This document shows, piece after piece, positions 23,689 through 34,000 of a stretch of DNA of 64,000 bases. Origin of the DNA: Macrostomum hystrix (lineage: Eukaryota > Animalia > Platyhelminthes); NCBI GenBank assembly GCA_950097015.1, contig CATNEN010000039.1, positions 15,128,001-15,192,000 on the forward strand, written 5' to 3'. Positions within the stretch are counted from its first letter, which is position 1. Every line of letters begins with the position of its first letter. Position numbers and translations under genes: made by a program. A model generated the notes under the pieces. That model saw only the letters and a list, made by a program, of their open reading frames with translations, was not told the origin of the DNA and did no database searches.

Positions 23689-23944
23689 ACACCAAGTCAA
23701 AAGGTGCGAAGAATCGAACAATGGGTAGGGAACAAAACAAGGGAAATCTCGGCTAGCCAATAGGAATTGTTTTAGTAGGGGTTCGGGAGCCGAGAAGTCA
23801 TTGGACAGCGCGGTAAAATCAGGGCAGCCAATAAGGGGAGGTTTACCCCATTTTTCGCGCCTATATAAGGGAGACCTCCTAGGCGGAGAAAGAAGCATAT
23901 ATCACCTCGTTCTGAGCCAAAAATATCACTCGTATTGAACAGTA

Positions 23945-25045
23945 ATGGAGGACGTTTTGGATGCTGACGAGTTTGACAGAATGTTAGAGGCGATCACTGT
24001 CGACCTGACACCTGAGGGTTCTGCGAGCCGCAGCTCTGTTGAAGTGGAAACCATGGAAGCCGAAGTGCCGAATGAGCAAGAGCTATGCGAAATACCGGTA
24101 CGGCAACCAACAGCGCCGCAGATGGCGAGGACGATAAGCAAGCGACCCGGCGCACCTCAAACCGGCTGTTCCAAGCAAGCGAAACCACCAGGCATCCAAG
24201 ATACCGGTTCCGGTGGAAAGAGAGGCGTTAGTGCGAACATTGGCAAGTGCAGAAGTGCCTGTCTTGGAGGAGATCGCCATCCGCCTGGAGCTCGGTCAGC
24301 AATTGTCTTACCGGTAGCTGAGTCGCAGCCTGGTCGCAGGCGGAAGATGGCCTATCGTGCAATCGCACCGAAACCGCCACTGCAGGAGATACAACCGCAA
24401 CAACAACAGCCGGCTGTACAGGCCAAAATTCCCAGGACTCGGCAGCAGCCTCCCAAGCTGAAATCGGTGGTTCAACAGCCGCTGCCGCAGCCGCAGCAGA
24501 TGATTCATCCGAAGCCACAGGAGCAGCAGCCGCACCAACAGGGTTGGCAGTCGCAGCAGCAGTCGCAACAACAGCCGCAGCAGCAGCCACAACAACAGAA
24601 TCAGCAGCTGCAGCAACCGCCGCAGCCGCAGTCACCACATCAGCCGCAGCAGGAGCAGGGAGGCGACGACGACCAGCCTCCTGGTGATGGTCCCGGAGGC
24701 AACTTCCCGGCTATCATGGCTCAAATGCCGGAGGCGCAGCAAGTGGTCCTCAAACGGCAAATTCAGATCATCAAAAAGCATTTTCTTCATGTTGCATATG
24801 CTCGGTTGGACCGCCTAACACCGCAGCGAGAACACGTCCGGCCGGCTTTTTGAACTCTGCAGGCCCGCTTCAGCCAAGAGACAGTCGTCGCGGCCTGGCG
24901 ACGTGCGTCGAGCTACGCCAAACACGTGATTATGCGAAATCCTTATGACTATAACAAGATACTCTTGAACATTGAATCGAGATGGGCCGGCAATCTAGTA
25001 GGTTGGCCGCGTCATTTATCGTTCCCAGATGAATGTCAGTTCTAG
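23945..25045 (+). CDS. Gypsy accessory ORF3 (Q/P-rich, not env-like), with an in-frame TGA at 24851-24853
   Basis: 302 codons to the TGA, after which the same frame stays open for 63 more codons to TAG at 25045. Preceded by CCAAT and TATA motifs. Confidence 0.7.
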
Positions 25046-25126
25046 TTTTGTCATTTTCCTTCTGTCATTTGTCATTTTGTCATTTTTATCACTTATTATT
25101 CAAAAAATGCCTTTAGGGAAGCCAAT

Positions 25127-25799
25127 TGTAAGAGGCTATATTTTGTATTTTTACCGTAGCTTGTATTTTACCGTAGCTTCGCTTAATTCTAGGAAATTGT
25201 AGAAATTCACCGTTGTTTAACTACACTTTAATTTTTGTTTAAATATGCACACTCACCCCCAATTTCTTGCTATAAATATACACGCGCTGTAAGGAGAAAA
25301 ACTAACTTTCGGGAGCTTAACCCAAGTTCAAGAATAATAATTGCTGAATGCATGTGTTCTTTAAATAAATTTGCTATAAAGAGGAAATAACATTGGGAAC
25401 ATATAAAACGTATTGGAGTTTATTATCGAGACGATAGCAAAAAGGCCAGTTTTGGATAGAAATAAATACGTTGTGTGTGTCTGGTACCCTCCAATCCATT
25501 GGAGCCTTTAAAGACTGGGTGTGATCAATAAGTATTAAAAAGAGTAACTCTATACAGTTAAAAGTAAGAGTGTCTTACCGCTCGGGCACTTATGATTCGC
25601 TACCGCAGTAATTGAATATATATTAAAGTGTTATACTTCCCTATAAATTGGGAGAATTTTTAAACAGAACGAAAGTTGACATTTAATAAGCATTTTTGCA
25701 GTTGATAAATATAAGTAATTTATAAAGAATAAGAATAAAGAGAAGGGCTTTACGACAATTAGTGACGGCTGTGAGATTTTAGTAAAGAGCCCTACAACA
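25127..25799 (+). repeat. 3' LTR (673 bp)
   Basis: Copy of the 5' LTR with a 17-bp local duplication near its start and at least one substitution (gtaattc vs gtaactc). Confidence 0.95.
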
Positions 25800-27383
25800 A
25801 ATATTTAATTGGAGAATTATTCCGTTTGAAGTATTGTGAGTAAAGTTCTAGTTAGAGTGAATTAATAAATTGACTTATATAAAGCAAAGGGTTATCTTAT
25901 GAAATAGTAGAAATGTCCTGTAGATAAGAGTTGCAATATAAGCACAAATGAATTTATTCACCACCGGGCCTGTAACATATGTAACGAACAAAGTTTCTTG
26001 CTTTTCCTGTTTCATTGCGTTTTTTGTAATGCTTCAGTGTAGCCGATAATTTTTAACACTTTAACAATTTTTATCACTGTTCATTCATATTGTTTCCTTC
26101 TTGTCTGAGGTCTTTAAGCAGACATTCAACAAAAGAAAAAAATAATTTATGCCCATTGCTTAGCAGTAGTAAAAGAACATACAATATTACAAATACTATG
26201 TATAATTTAAATTTAATAAGTAATAGCTAAAAACTGAAAATTAATAGTTAAACTTTATTCCAAGTAATAAATTTATGTTAAGTACAATATAGACCTACAA
26301 AAGAATTGAAGAAATGGGCCAACTAAAATTCTTATTCGCCTAAAAGATCAGACGAAAAAGACAAACAAGACGTTGTACCAATCAAAATCATAAGCACTAT
26401 ACACTTCAGCAGTATATATTAAGGAAAAATAAATTCAAGCATAAAAACTATCAGCTGTCTTTTTATCGATGTAAATGATAAAATATTCGCGACGAGAACA
26501 GAAACCAAAGTTATTGTCTTTGGAAGCAAAAAGAATACAAAAATATTTATCAAATTAGATAAATAAAATAAATTGTGTTTTTTACACAAACGTGCGTTTA
26601 TATCTGCAGCGTCACTTATTAATGTAATGCTACTATGCAAAGAAAATGTTTTATTGATTTTTAACACCGGAAATTGATCACATTAAGTTCGCGTTAATCA
26701 TTCTATTGTGCTTAACGTGTGATATGTGTGATAATCATTGTTTTCTGAGATAAATTCCTATATTCGGTGCTTTGTCATGAATTTATGGTATATTTGGGCA
26801 CTTTCCATTTAGACGGATTCTATAAGAATGAATTTTTGAAAATATTCTATACTATGTATTTAATCAGATTTTAGCTAATTATTAATCTGCGCTTACATGT
26901 GTATACATGCCATACTGTGTTGGATATATTATAATTGTACATCCATGACAATAATTTTATATAAGATGGGCATCCTAGTTTCTTCCTAGTGAGTTCTTCC
27001 TACATAATGTACATGCATGTATGCATTATGGCAAAGCACTTACTGAGTCAAAAGTTTTAACTTTTAATTTTTGCGTCTTCCGAACTTGTATTGCAATACA
27101 TATAAAGCTGCACCAATGCACCATTGATTAACGATGCACCAGTAAGGCATTGTACGAGCCTAATTTCTTGCTGAAGTCTGCAATAACTGCTTAATTAAGT
27201 TGGATATGTCAATCTACTACAACAACGAAAACGATTAATTATCCGAAAACGAAATAGCTCACATAAACGTGTATGTAATGTGAGATTATTGGACAAAAAA
27301 CGATAATTAAATTTAAGTCAGGAGGAACATTTCTACTAAACCAGATTCCGTCACCATAATAAATACGTGTCTATAAAAATGTT

Positions 27384-29995
27384 CTATAAAAAAATTGAAG
27401 CCCATTTGATGCCGTCACCGAAGCTGTCCATGTGTGGCTCATACTCACTTCCTAAACCATGGTTGCCCAGCTGCAACGCCTCTGCAGTGCTCATCTCCAA
27501 AGCTGACATTGCGCCTAGCCGACGATTGAGGCGTCCAATCAGCAAGTCTTGCCTGTCGCCCATGAAGGTTGCCATGGCGATTCGAGTATTCGAATAAATT
27601 GCCGCATTCCCGTGCACAATCCTGCTCTTCTGCAGCTTCGGACTTGAAATCTTTATCATCCTGTCGCTCTCCTTGTCCGTAAGAACGTCGCGAAAGAGCG
27701 ACACCATCGGAGCGTCGTTCAGCAGCTCGGAAAGACGGCACACAATGTTGGATGAAGGGAAATTGCGCCTGGGATCGCTGCCGTCTTTGCCGAGCCTTTT
27801 GTAATTCTCTTTGTCCACGGACAACTTATCAAAGCAATCAAAATCAGTCAGACAGATGATTATCTACGAAGTGAGTTTTATTCACATCTGACCGTCGCCA
27901 GAGCGTCTCCATAGTTCTTCTAAAGCCGGAGTGAGACTGCTAGGAATTGTGTAGTTTTTTTAGGGAGAAGTACTAGCGTACATTGGGATCATTGTTTATT
28001 TGGATAAGAATGCACAACTTCAGTTACAAGCTTCATTACCGTAGTCATGTACTTCTGTAAAATTTCCAGCACGGCGGTTAGTCGCTTCGACATTTTTTCA
28101 GGGGCGAATTAGCATCCACTGCATGCCCAGCAGTTCCAGGCTCTGGTTGAAAGCCCGGCTCACCAGCTGCAGACTGTCGTCGACTACAATTTTCGTTCTG
28201 TTCACAAAGAAAAGTAAGAAAACTGTGAAACCTCAGGGCGCAAAGGCAAGGATGCAGGGTGCACAGGGGCGTAGGATGCAGGGTGCACAGGGGCGTAGGA
28301 TGCGGGGCGCACAGGGGCGAAGGATGCGGGGCGCACAGGGGCGTAGGATGCGGGGCGCACAGGGGCGTAGGATGCGGGGCGCACAGGGGCGTAGGATGCA
28401 GGGTGCACAGGGGCGTAGGATGCGGGGCGCACAGGGGCGTAGAATGCAGGGCGCACAGGGGCGAAGGATGCAGGGTGCACAGGGGCGTAGGATGCAGGGT
28501 GCACAGGGGCGTAGGATGCAGGGTGCACAGGGGCGTAGGATGCAGGGCGCACAGGGGCGTAGGATGCAGGGCGCACAGGGGCGTAGGATGCAGGGCGCAC
28601 AGGGGCGTAGGATGCAGGGTGCACAGGGGCGTAGGATGCAGGGTGCATGCAGGGTGCACAGGGGCGTAGGATGCAGGGCGCACAGGGGCGTAGGATGCAG
28701 GGCGCACAGGGGCGTAGGATGCAGGGTGCACAGGGGCGTAGGATGCAGGGCGCACAGGGGCGAAGGATGCAGGGCGCACAGGGGCGAAGGATGCAGGGCG
28801 CACAGGGGCGTAGGATGCAGGGTGCATGCAGGGCGCACAGGGGCGTAGGATGCAGGGTGCATGCAGGGCGCACAGGGGCGTAGGATGCAGGGTGCATGCA
28901 GGGCGCACAGGGGCGTAGGATGCAGGGTGCATACAGGGCGCACAGGGGCGAAGGATGCAGGGCGCACAGGGGCGAAGGATGCAGGGCGCACAGGGGCGTA
29001 GGATGCAGGGCGCACAGGGGCGTAGGATGCAGGGCGCACAGGGGCGTAGGATGCAGGGTGCACAGGGGCGTAGGATGCAGGGTGCATGCAGGGCGCACAG
29101 GGGCGTAGGATGCAGGGTGCACAGGGGCGTAGGATGCAGGGTGCACAGGGGCGTAGGATGCAGGGCGCACAGGGGCGTAGGATGCAGGGCGCACAGGGGC
29201 GTAGGATGCAGGGTGCACAGGGGCGTAGGATGCAGGGTGCATGCAGGGCGCACAGGGGCGTAGGATGCAGGGTGCACAGGGGCGAAGGATGCAGGGTGCA
29301 CAGGGGCGAAGGATGCGGGGCGCACAGGGGCGTAGGATGCGGGGCGCACAGGGGCGTAGGATGCGGGGCGCACAGGGGCGTAGGATGCAGGGTGCACAGG
29401 GGCGTAGGATGCGGGGCGCACAGGGGCGTAGAATGCAGGGCGCACAGCGGCGAAGGATGCAGGGTGCACAGGGGCGTAGGATGCAGGGTGCACAGGGGCG
29501 TAGGATGCAGGGCGCACAGGGGCGTAGGATGCAGGGCGCACAGGGGCGTAGGATGCAGGGCGCACATTGGCGTAGGATGCAGGGTGCACAGGGGCGTAGG
29601 ATGCAGGGCGCACAGGGGCGTATGATGCAGGGCGCACAGGGGCGTAGGATGCAGGGTGCACAGGGGCGTAGGATGCAGGATGCAGGGTGCAGGGTGCAGG
29701 GTGCACAGGATGCGGCAGGGCGCATCGCACAGATTGCAGGGTGCTGACGCAGACAACCAAGCAGAAAGCGTACGCGAGAGTTGCGTCAAAGGACTTCTCT
29801 TCCGTCAGGAGCGATCCAACATCCAGGTGACCTCTGGCGATGGAGCCAGCTGAGATGTATTGCACATATTGTAGACGCAGGAGGGCGTTCGCAGCTCCGT
29901 CATAGTCGTCAGATGTCGGCAGTTTGGCTTTCCACGGATTTCAGCATGACATCGGCGGTCTCGACGCACTGTCCAACAAACAAGGCACCGCCACT
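27384..29995 (-). pseudogene. P4HA: Prolyl 4-hydroxylase alpha subunit-like gene, 3' part (disrupted)
   Basis: LPTSDDYDGAANALLRLQ at ~29850-29920 matches the P4HA N-domain motif GAAxALxRLQ. The catalytic domain at 27384-27750 reads PMVSLFRDVL..RLNRRL..STAEALQLGNHGLGSEYEPHMD (HxD iron ligands). Frameshifted, and interrupted by the Polinton. Confidence 0.8.
28250..29720. repeat. 24-bp GC-rich minisatellite (~60 copies)
   Basis: Unit gcacaggggcgtaggatgcaggg(t/c), with occasional 11-bp inserts. It explains the stack of periodic ORFs here. Confidence 0.97.
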
Positions 29996-30416
29996 AGTAG
30001 TATGGGTTAACAGAACTCTGCCGCAAGGAATTCCGCGGAAATTCCGTGGGGCCCTAGTTTGCGAACATAGCGCCTATGTTTCACATAGCAGAACTCTGCC
30101 GCAAGGAAATCCGCGGAAATTCCATGGGACCCAGTGCATGTACATAGGTCCATGTTTTACATAGCAAAACTCTGCCGCAAGGAAGTCCTCGGAAATTCCG
30201 TGGGGTCCTAGTGTGTGAACAAACGCCATGTGTTTGCATAGTGGACTCTGTCGCAGGTAAATCTGTCTGAGAGGGAGAGAGGCAGTCAGTGCAGTCTGAT
30301 AAACCGATTGTTTATTCAGTTCCACTCCTCCAATGGGAATTTCACTTTTGCTCTGGTCTGTGTTATTTTTTCATATGAAGACAACAACAAAACAACTGTT
30401 GGTCTGGGGAAAACAG
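29996..30416 (+). repeat. Polinton left terminal inverted repeat
   Basis: Reverse complement of 44889-45309; I noticed only two substitutions. Confidence 0.95.
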
Positions 30417-30586
30417 TGAAACCACCGTCTGTTTGCAGTGGGTATGGCCAACACTGTAGAAATAGGACAGTGGATGCGTAGCATGGATACATAAACTCTG
30501 CCTAATGTTATTATATGTTTTCTTAGTATTATATATGCGCCCACAGTCTCACCCACCCCATTACATTAACCCACCCCACTCCGCTG

Positions 30587-30597
30587 GTATATAAGGG
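30587..30597 (+). promoter_or_regulatory. Putative TATA box for the rightward Polinton genes
   Basis: gtatataaggg lies ~85 bp upstream of the PC4-like ATG. Confidence 0.45.
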
Positions 30598-30674
30598 TGG
30601 GGATTTTTTTATTGTTAAGAGAGGATTTCTTTAAAACTAATAGCCATTTCGTCACGTAAGTTTGACCTGCTACC

Positions 30675-31436
30675 ATGGATCTTAGCGACGGCTTCAAAGT
30701 TCAAGTGCAGGAGTATGAAGGCAATAGATTCATCGCTATCCGACGCTTCTACTCTTCTGACGGGGAGCTGAAGCCTGGAATCCCTGGATTCAACTTGAAC
30801 GTACACCAATGGGAGAAGCTGAAGCAGCTAAGGCGCCAACTCGTGCAGGCTGCAGTCAACCGACGAAACGTCACTGCCAAGCTGGGCTCCGACAAGCTCG
30901 TAGAAGTCAAGCGAGGAGTCATCTGGCTCAAGCGACTGCCGGAGGACTGCACGGAGGATTTCCTGAGACGGAATTCGATCGAGATGACTCCCCGTCTGTG
31001 GCGAGCGCTGTGGTGCCATGTCGACCGGATCAGTAGTGAGCTGAGAGGAAAGTCACCGGAGTGCGAGTACGAGCTGGACCCTCAGGACATCAAGACCGAG
31101 CCGGACATCGAGAATCGGGCGGGCCAACACTCTAGTGAGGATGCGGACGACGAGAAGACGCTGCTGCTGATTTCCGAGTCAGACAACGCAACCTCCGAAC
31201 CGCTTCCAGCTGCAGCCCAAATTTCGACGCCCAAAGCATTCGGCTGCATCCCACAGCAGGACAGCGACCTGTCTCAGGATCCTTACTGGTACCAGGCCCG
31301 AGCGGCTGCGGGTCTCAGTGTCAACTGCTTGATCGGAAGCCGCAAGCGCAAGCAGCCATGGCCTCTGCGTAGGAGCGATGCGATCAAGTTTCCGAAGCTG
31401 ACGGATGACTCAGATGAAAACAAGGACAACGAGTGA
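30675..31436 (+). CDS. PC4/Sub1 (transcriptional coactivator p15)-like ssDNA-binding protein
   Basis: KVQVQEYEGNRFIAIRRFYSSDGELKPGIPGFNLNVHQWEKLKQ aligns by eye to the PC4 core [40 protein letters not shown]. There may be a second degenerate repeat (IEMTPRLWRAL), then an acidic tail. Confidence 0.85.
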   Translation: MDLSDGFKVQVQEYEGNRFIAIRRFYSSDGELKPGIPGFNLNVHQWEKLKQLRRQLVQAAVNRRNVTAKLGSDKLVEVKRGVIWLKRLPEDCTEDFLRRNSIEMTPRLWRALWCHVDRISSELRGKSPECEYELDPQDIKTEPDIENRAGQHSSEDADDEKTLLLISESDNATSEPLPAAAQISTPKAFGCIPQQDSDLSQDPYWYQARAAAGLSVNCLIGSRKRKQPWPLRRSDAIKFPKLTDDSDENKDNE

Positions 31437-31717
31437 ATTTCCAAGTGACAGTACATGCGTCAAATAATTTCTAACTTCTTTCATTTGGTCAAATGCGCGC
31501 TAAGCTTATTATCTATCCAGCCATATTTCAGCAATATAGGCTACAGTGTAATTTTGCTCTGTGCTTCTCGCAATAGCTAATTTAACTGTCTTTTTTGGCT
31601 TTATTTCTCGGTATATGTATCAAGACATTTTATAAACTACATTGTGGCAATGCAACTTAAGAAAGTTGCTAAAGACAATAAATAATATTGATTCTGACAT
31701 CCTCTTCATGTTGGAAA

Positions 31718-32785
31718 ATGGAAAAGCTTTACTACAATCCCGCTCAGCCGGCCAGTTTCTCAGGTGCATCAAAGTTGCAGCAGCAACTAGGGAAAAATAA
31801 TGAGGGGAAATCTAGAAAATACATTGAGCTGTGGTTAACTGAACAGCCCGTGCACACACTGCACAGGTCGGCTAGAAGGCGCTATCCCAGAGCACCAATC
31901 ATAGTGAGAGCGATAGATGACCAGTGGGAACTTGACCTGGTCGAGATGATCCCATTCGCCAAGTACAACAAAGGCTACAAGTACATCCTCACTTGCATTG
32001 ACGTGTTGTCTAAATCAGCATGGGCCAAGCCGTTTAAGAACAAATCAGCTGCAGAAGTAAAGTCCGCATTCGAGAGCATTTTGAGATGCTCAATGCGCCA
32101 GCCTCGCACAGTCCGCACAGATCAGGGAAAAGAATTCATAAACACTAATTTTAGGCAGTTCTGCATACAGCGGGGAATCCTGGCCTTCAAAACTAACAGT
32201 GAGCAGAAAGCTGCAGTAATTGAGCGATGGAACCGAACTTTGAAGAGTAAGATGTGGAAATATTTCACTCACAAGAGCACACTGCTCTGGATTGATGTGC
32301 TGCCTAAGCTGGTGAAATCATACAACAATACTTACCACAGAAGTATCAAAATGGCACCGACAAGTGTCTGCAAAGAGAATGAGTCTGAGGTGTGGATGAA
32401 TCTGTACGACGGAAAGGCAATTGAGACTGTACAGCGACCCAAGAAGCCAAAGTTCTGTGAGAAACAGTCTGTGAGAATTTCAAATGCACCCAGGCTGTTC
32501 CGAAAGGGATACAAGGCCAACTGGAGCGAGGAGGTATACACTGTAGTGTGCAGGGCACCAAAGCACTACCCGTACATGTACAAGATCCGAGACATGAAGG
32601 GTGAGGAGATTCGCGGGCTCTTTCACGAGTATGAGCTGCAGGCTGTTCCGGAATCACAGCGGCTGTATGTCATTGAGAAGGTTTTGAAGTCAGAAAAGCG
32701 CAATGGGAAAATCCGCTATCTTGTCAAGTGGGCTGGCTACAACTCCACAGGCTGGGTGGATGAAAAGGACTTAAGAAAAGTGTAG
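31718..32785 (+). CDS. Polinton retroviral-like (RVE/DDE) integrase with C-terminal chromodomain
   Basis: Starts MEKLYYNP. DDE triad WELDLVEM / TDQGKEF / IERWNRTLK. Chromodomain YVIEKVL..YLVKWAGY..WV. Confidence 0.95.
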   Translation: MEKLYYNPAQPASFSGASKLQQQLGKNNEGKSRKYIELWLTEQPVHTLHRSARRRYPRAPIIVRAIDDQWELDLVEMIPFAKYNKGYKYILTCIDVLSKSAWAKPFKNKSAAEVKSAFESILRCSMRQPRTVRTDQGKEFINTNFRQFCIQRGILAFKTNSEQKAAVIERWNRTLKSKMWKYFTHKSTLLWIDVLPKLVKSYNNTYHRSIKMAPTSVCKENESEVWMNLYDGKAIETVQRPKKPKFCEKQSVRISNAPRLFRKGYKANWSEEVYTVVCRAPKHYPYMYKIRDMKGEEIRGLFHEYELQAVPESQRLYVIEKVLKSEKRNGKIRYLVKWAGYNSTGWVDEKDLRKV

Positions 32786-32818
32786 ATAAGCTGCAGATAA
32801 AAAAAATAATCAGATATA

Positions 32819-33631
32819 ATGAGAAACATTGTCATCAACAGCAACCATGGTGAAGGTATTTCTAGTGATTTTTATTTTTACCTTGCTTCACCTCTTTACC
32901 TGGATCGAAATGTGGACTATGAGGCAGCTCTTGTGGAAATCCATCTACCTGCTGCATGGTTCAATCTTGACGAACCTTACTGCATCTCTGTCTCAGATGG
33001 AAGAGAGCATGAGACCCTGGTTCTTCAACCTGGATGCTTTGGCAGAGTGGAGGAGCTGGTGGAGTCTTTGAATGAGCTGCTAGCCAACTCACGGCTGCAG
33101 TTCTTTGATGCTAGAAGTGATGGAGATGCTGCAATGGAGGCTGATCAGTCAGGTCTGATGGGACATTCTGCACCTGCTGCGGACAATGGAATAAGGTGTA
33201 CAATTGATGGCTCAAGGACAGTGGTGCAGAATAACACAGCTCAGGTGGAGCTGTATCTCCCGCCTCACCGGATTCTGCAGTGGCTTTGATTCGGAAGCCA
33301 AGGATTAAAAGTCCCACCTGGGCGTCTTGTATCTGAGCAGTTCATCGGCTGCCCGCGCACCAACCTAATCAATGTGCACTGCAGCATCATTGAGTCGAAT
33401 AACTGCAACCACAGCTCCCTGCTGAGAACTGTTAGAATGAGAGATGACATTCAATGGGGTGGCTATGTGAGCAAAGTGTTTAAGAAAACGATATTCTTCA
33501 CCATTCCTAGAGTCATCTATCTACATGGTATTCGAGTGCAGTTGCGAGATATTTTTGGAAGCCTACTGATCGCGCAGTCCAGCAGTCCAGTTTTGCTAAC
33601 AATTCAGATCCGTGAAAAAAGAATTTTATGA
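32819..33631 (+). pseudogene. Polinton minor capsid (penton-like) protein with an in-frame TGA at 33287-33289
   Basis: The N-terminus (VINSN..SSDF..L..PL.L...YEAALVEI) and C-terminus (NVHCSII..LLRTV..IRVQLRDIFG..LTIQIR) look typical of Polinton mCP. Both halves are in one frame, and WL*F probably derives from WLGF. Confidence 0.75.
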
Positions 33632-33996
33632 ATTACCAGCAGCTGATTCGGCATTACTCGGGAGTTCAAACCCTTGGGGAGAAACCGGTACTCTATGGCT
33701 GCGGCAGCGCTCCAGGGCTCATGACGTACCAACCTCCACCGGTTGCTACAACTGCAGGTGCAGCGCGGCTAATAGACAAAAGGGAAAGTAAAAAGCCATC
33801 TGTGCGATCGAAAAGAAAACGAAAACATTCTGCTAAGGGTGACACAGGAAAGAAGAGTTCAAGAAAAAATCAGACGAGGGCCGGAAACAAAAAGCTTAAG
33901 AAGAAGAGAAAAACTAGGAAACAGAAAAAGGTAGGACAAGGAAAGCAAAAAATCTACAGAAAAACTGTGAAACGCGTACTGGATTCTCTGTCCTAA
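33628..33996 (+). CDS. Small Lys/Arg-rich putative core (DNA-condensing) protein
   Basis: Very basic C-terminal half; lies between the mCP and MCP genes; LYGC/G fits the adenain cleavage consensus. Confidence 0.6.
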   Translation: MNYQQLIRHYSGVQTLGEKPVLYGCGSAPGLMTYQPPPVATTAGAARLIDKRESKKPSVRSKRKRKHSAKGDTGKKSSRKNQTRAGNKKLKKKRKTRKQKKVGQGKQKIYRKTVKRVLDSLS

Positions 33997-34000
33997 CAAT

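Larger units (their letters stand above)
17264..25799 (+). mobile_element. Full-length Ty3/Gypsy LTR retrotransposon (8.5 kb)
   Basis: Near-identical LTRs at 17264-17919 and 25127-25799 (TG...CA). 4-bp TSD aata at 17260-17263 and 25800-25803. PBS present. Intact gag, and pol with PR-RT-RH-INT order. Confidence 0.97.

Noticed and set aside
23945-24853. Envelope gene call for Gypsy ORF3
   Set aside because: No signal peptide, furin-site/fusion-peptide arrangement or transmembrane anchor is visible.
28078-29865. 500-600 aa Cys/Pro/His-rich ORFs in several frames
   Set aside because: Artefacts of the 24-bp minisatellite, which is open in nearly all frames on both strands.
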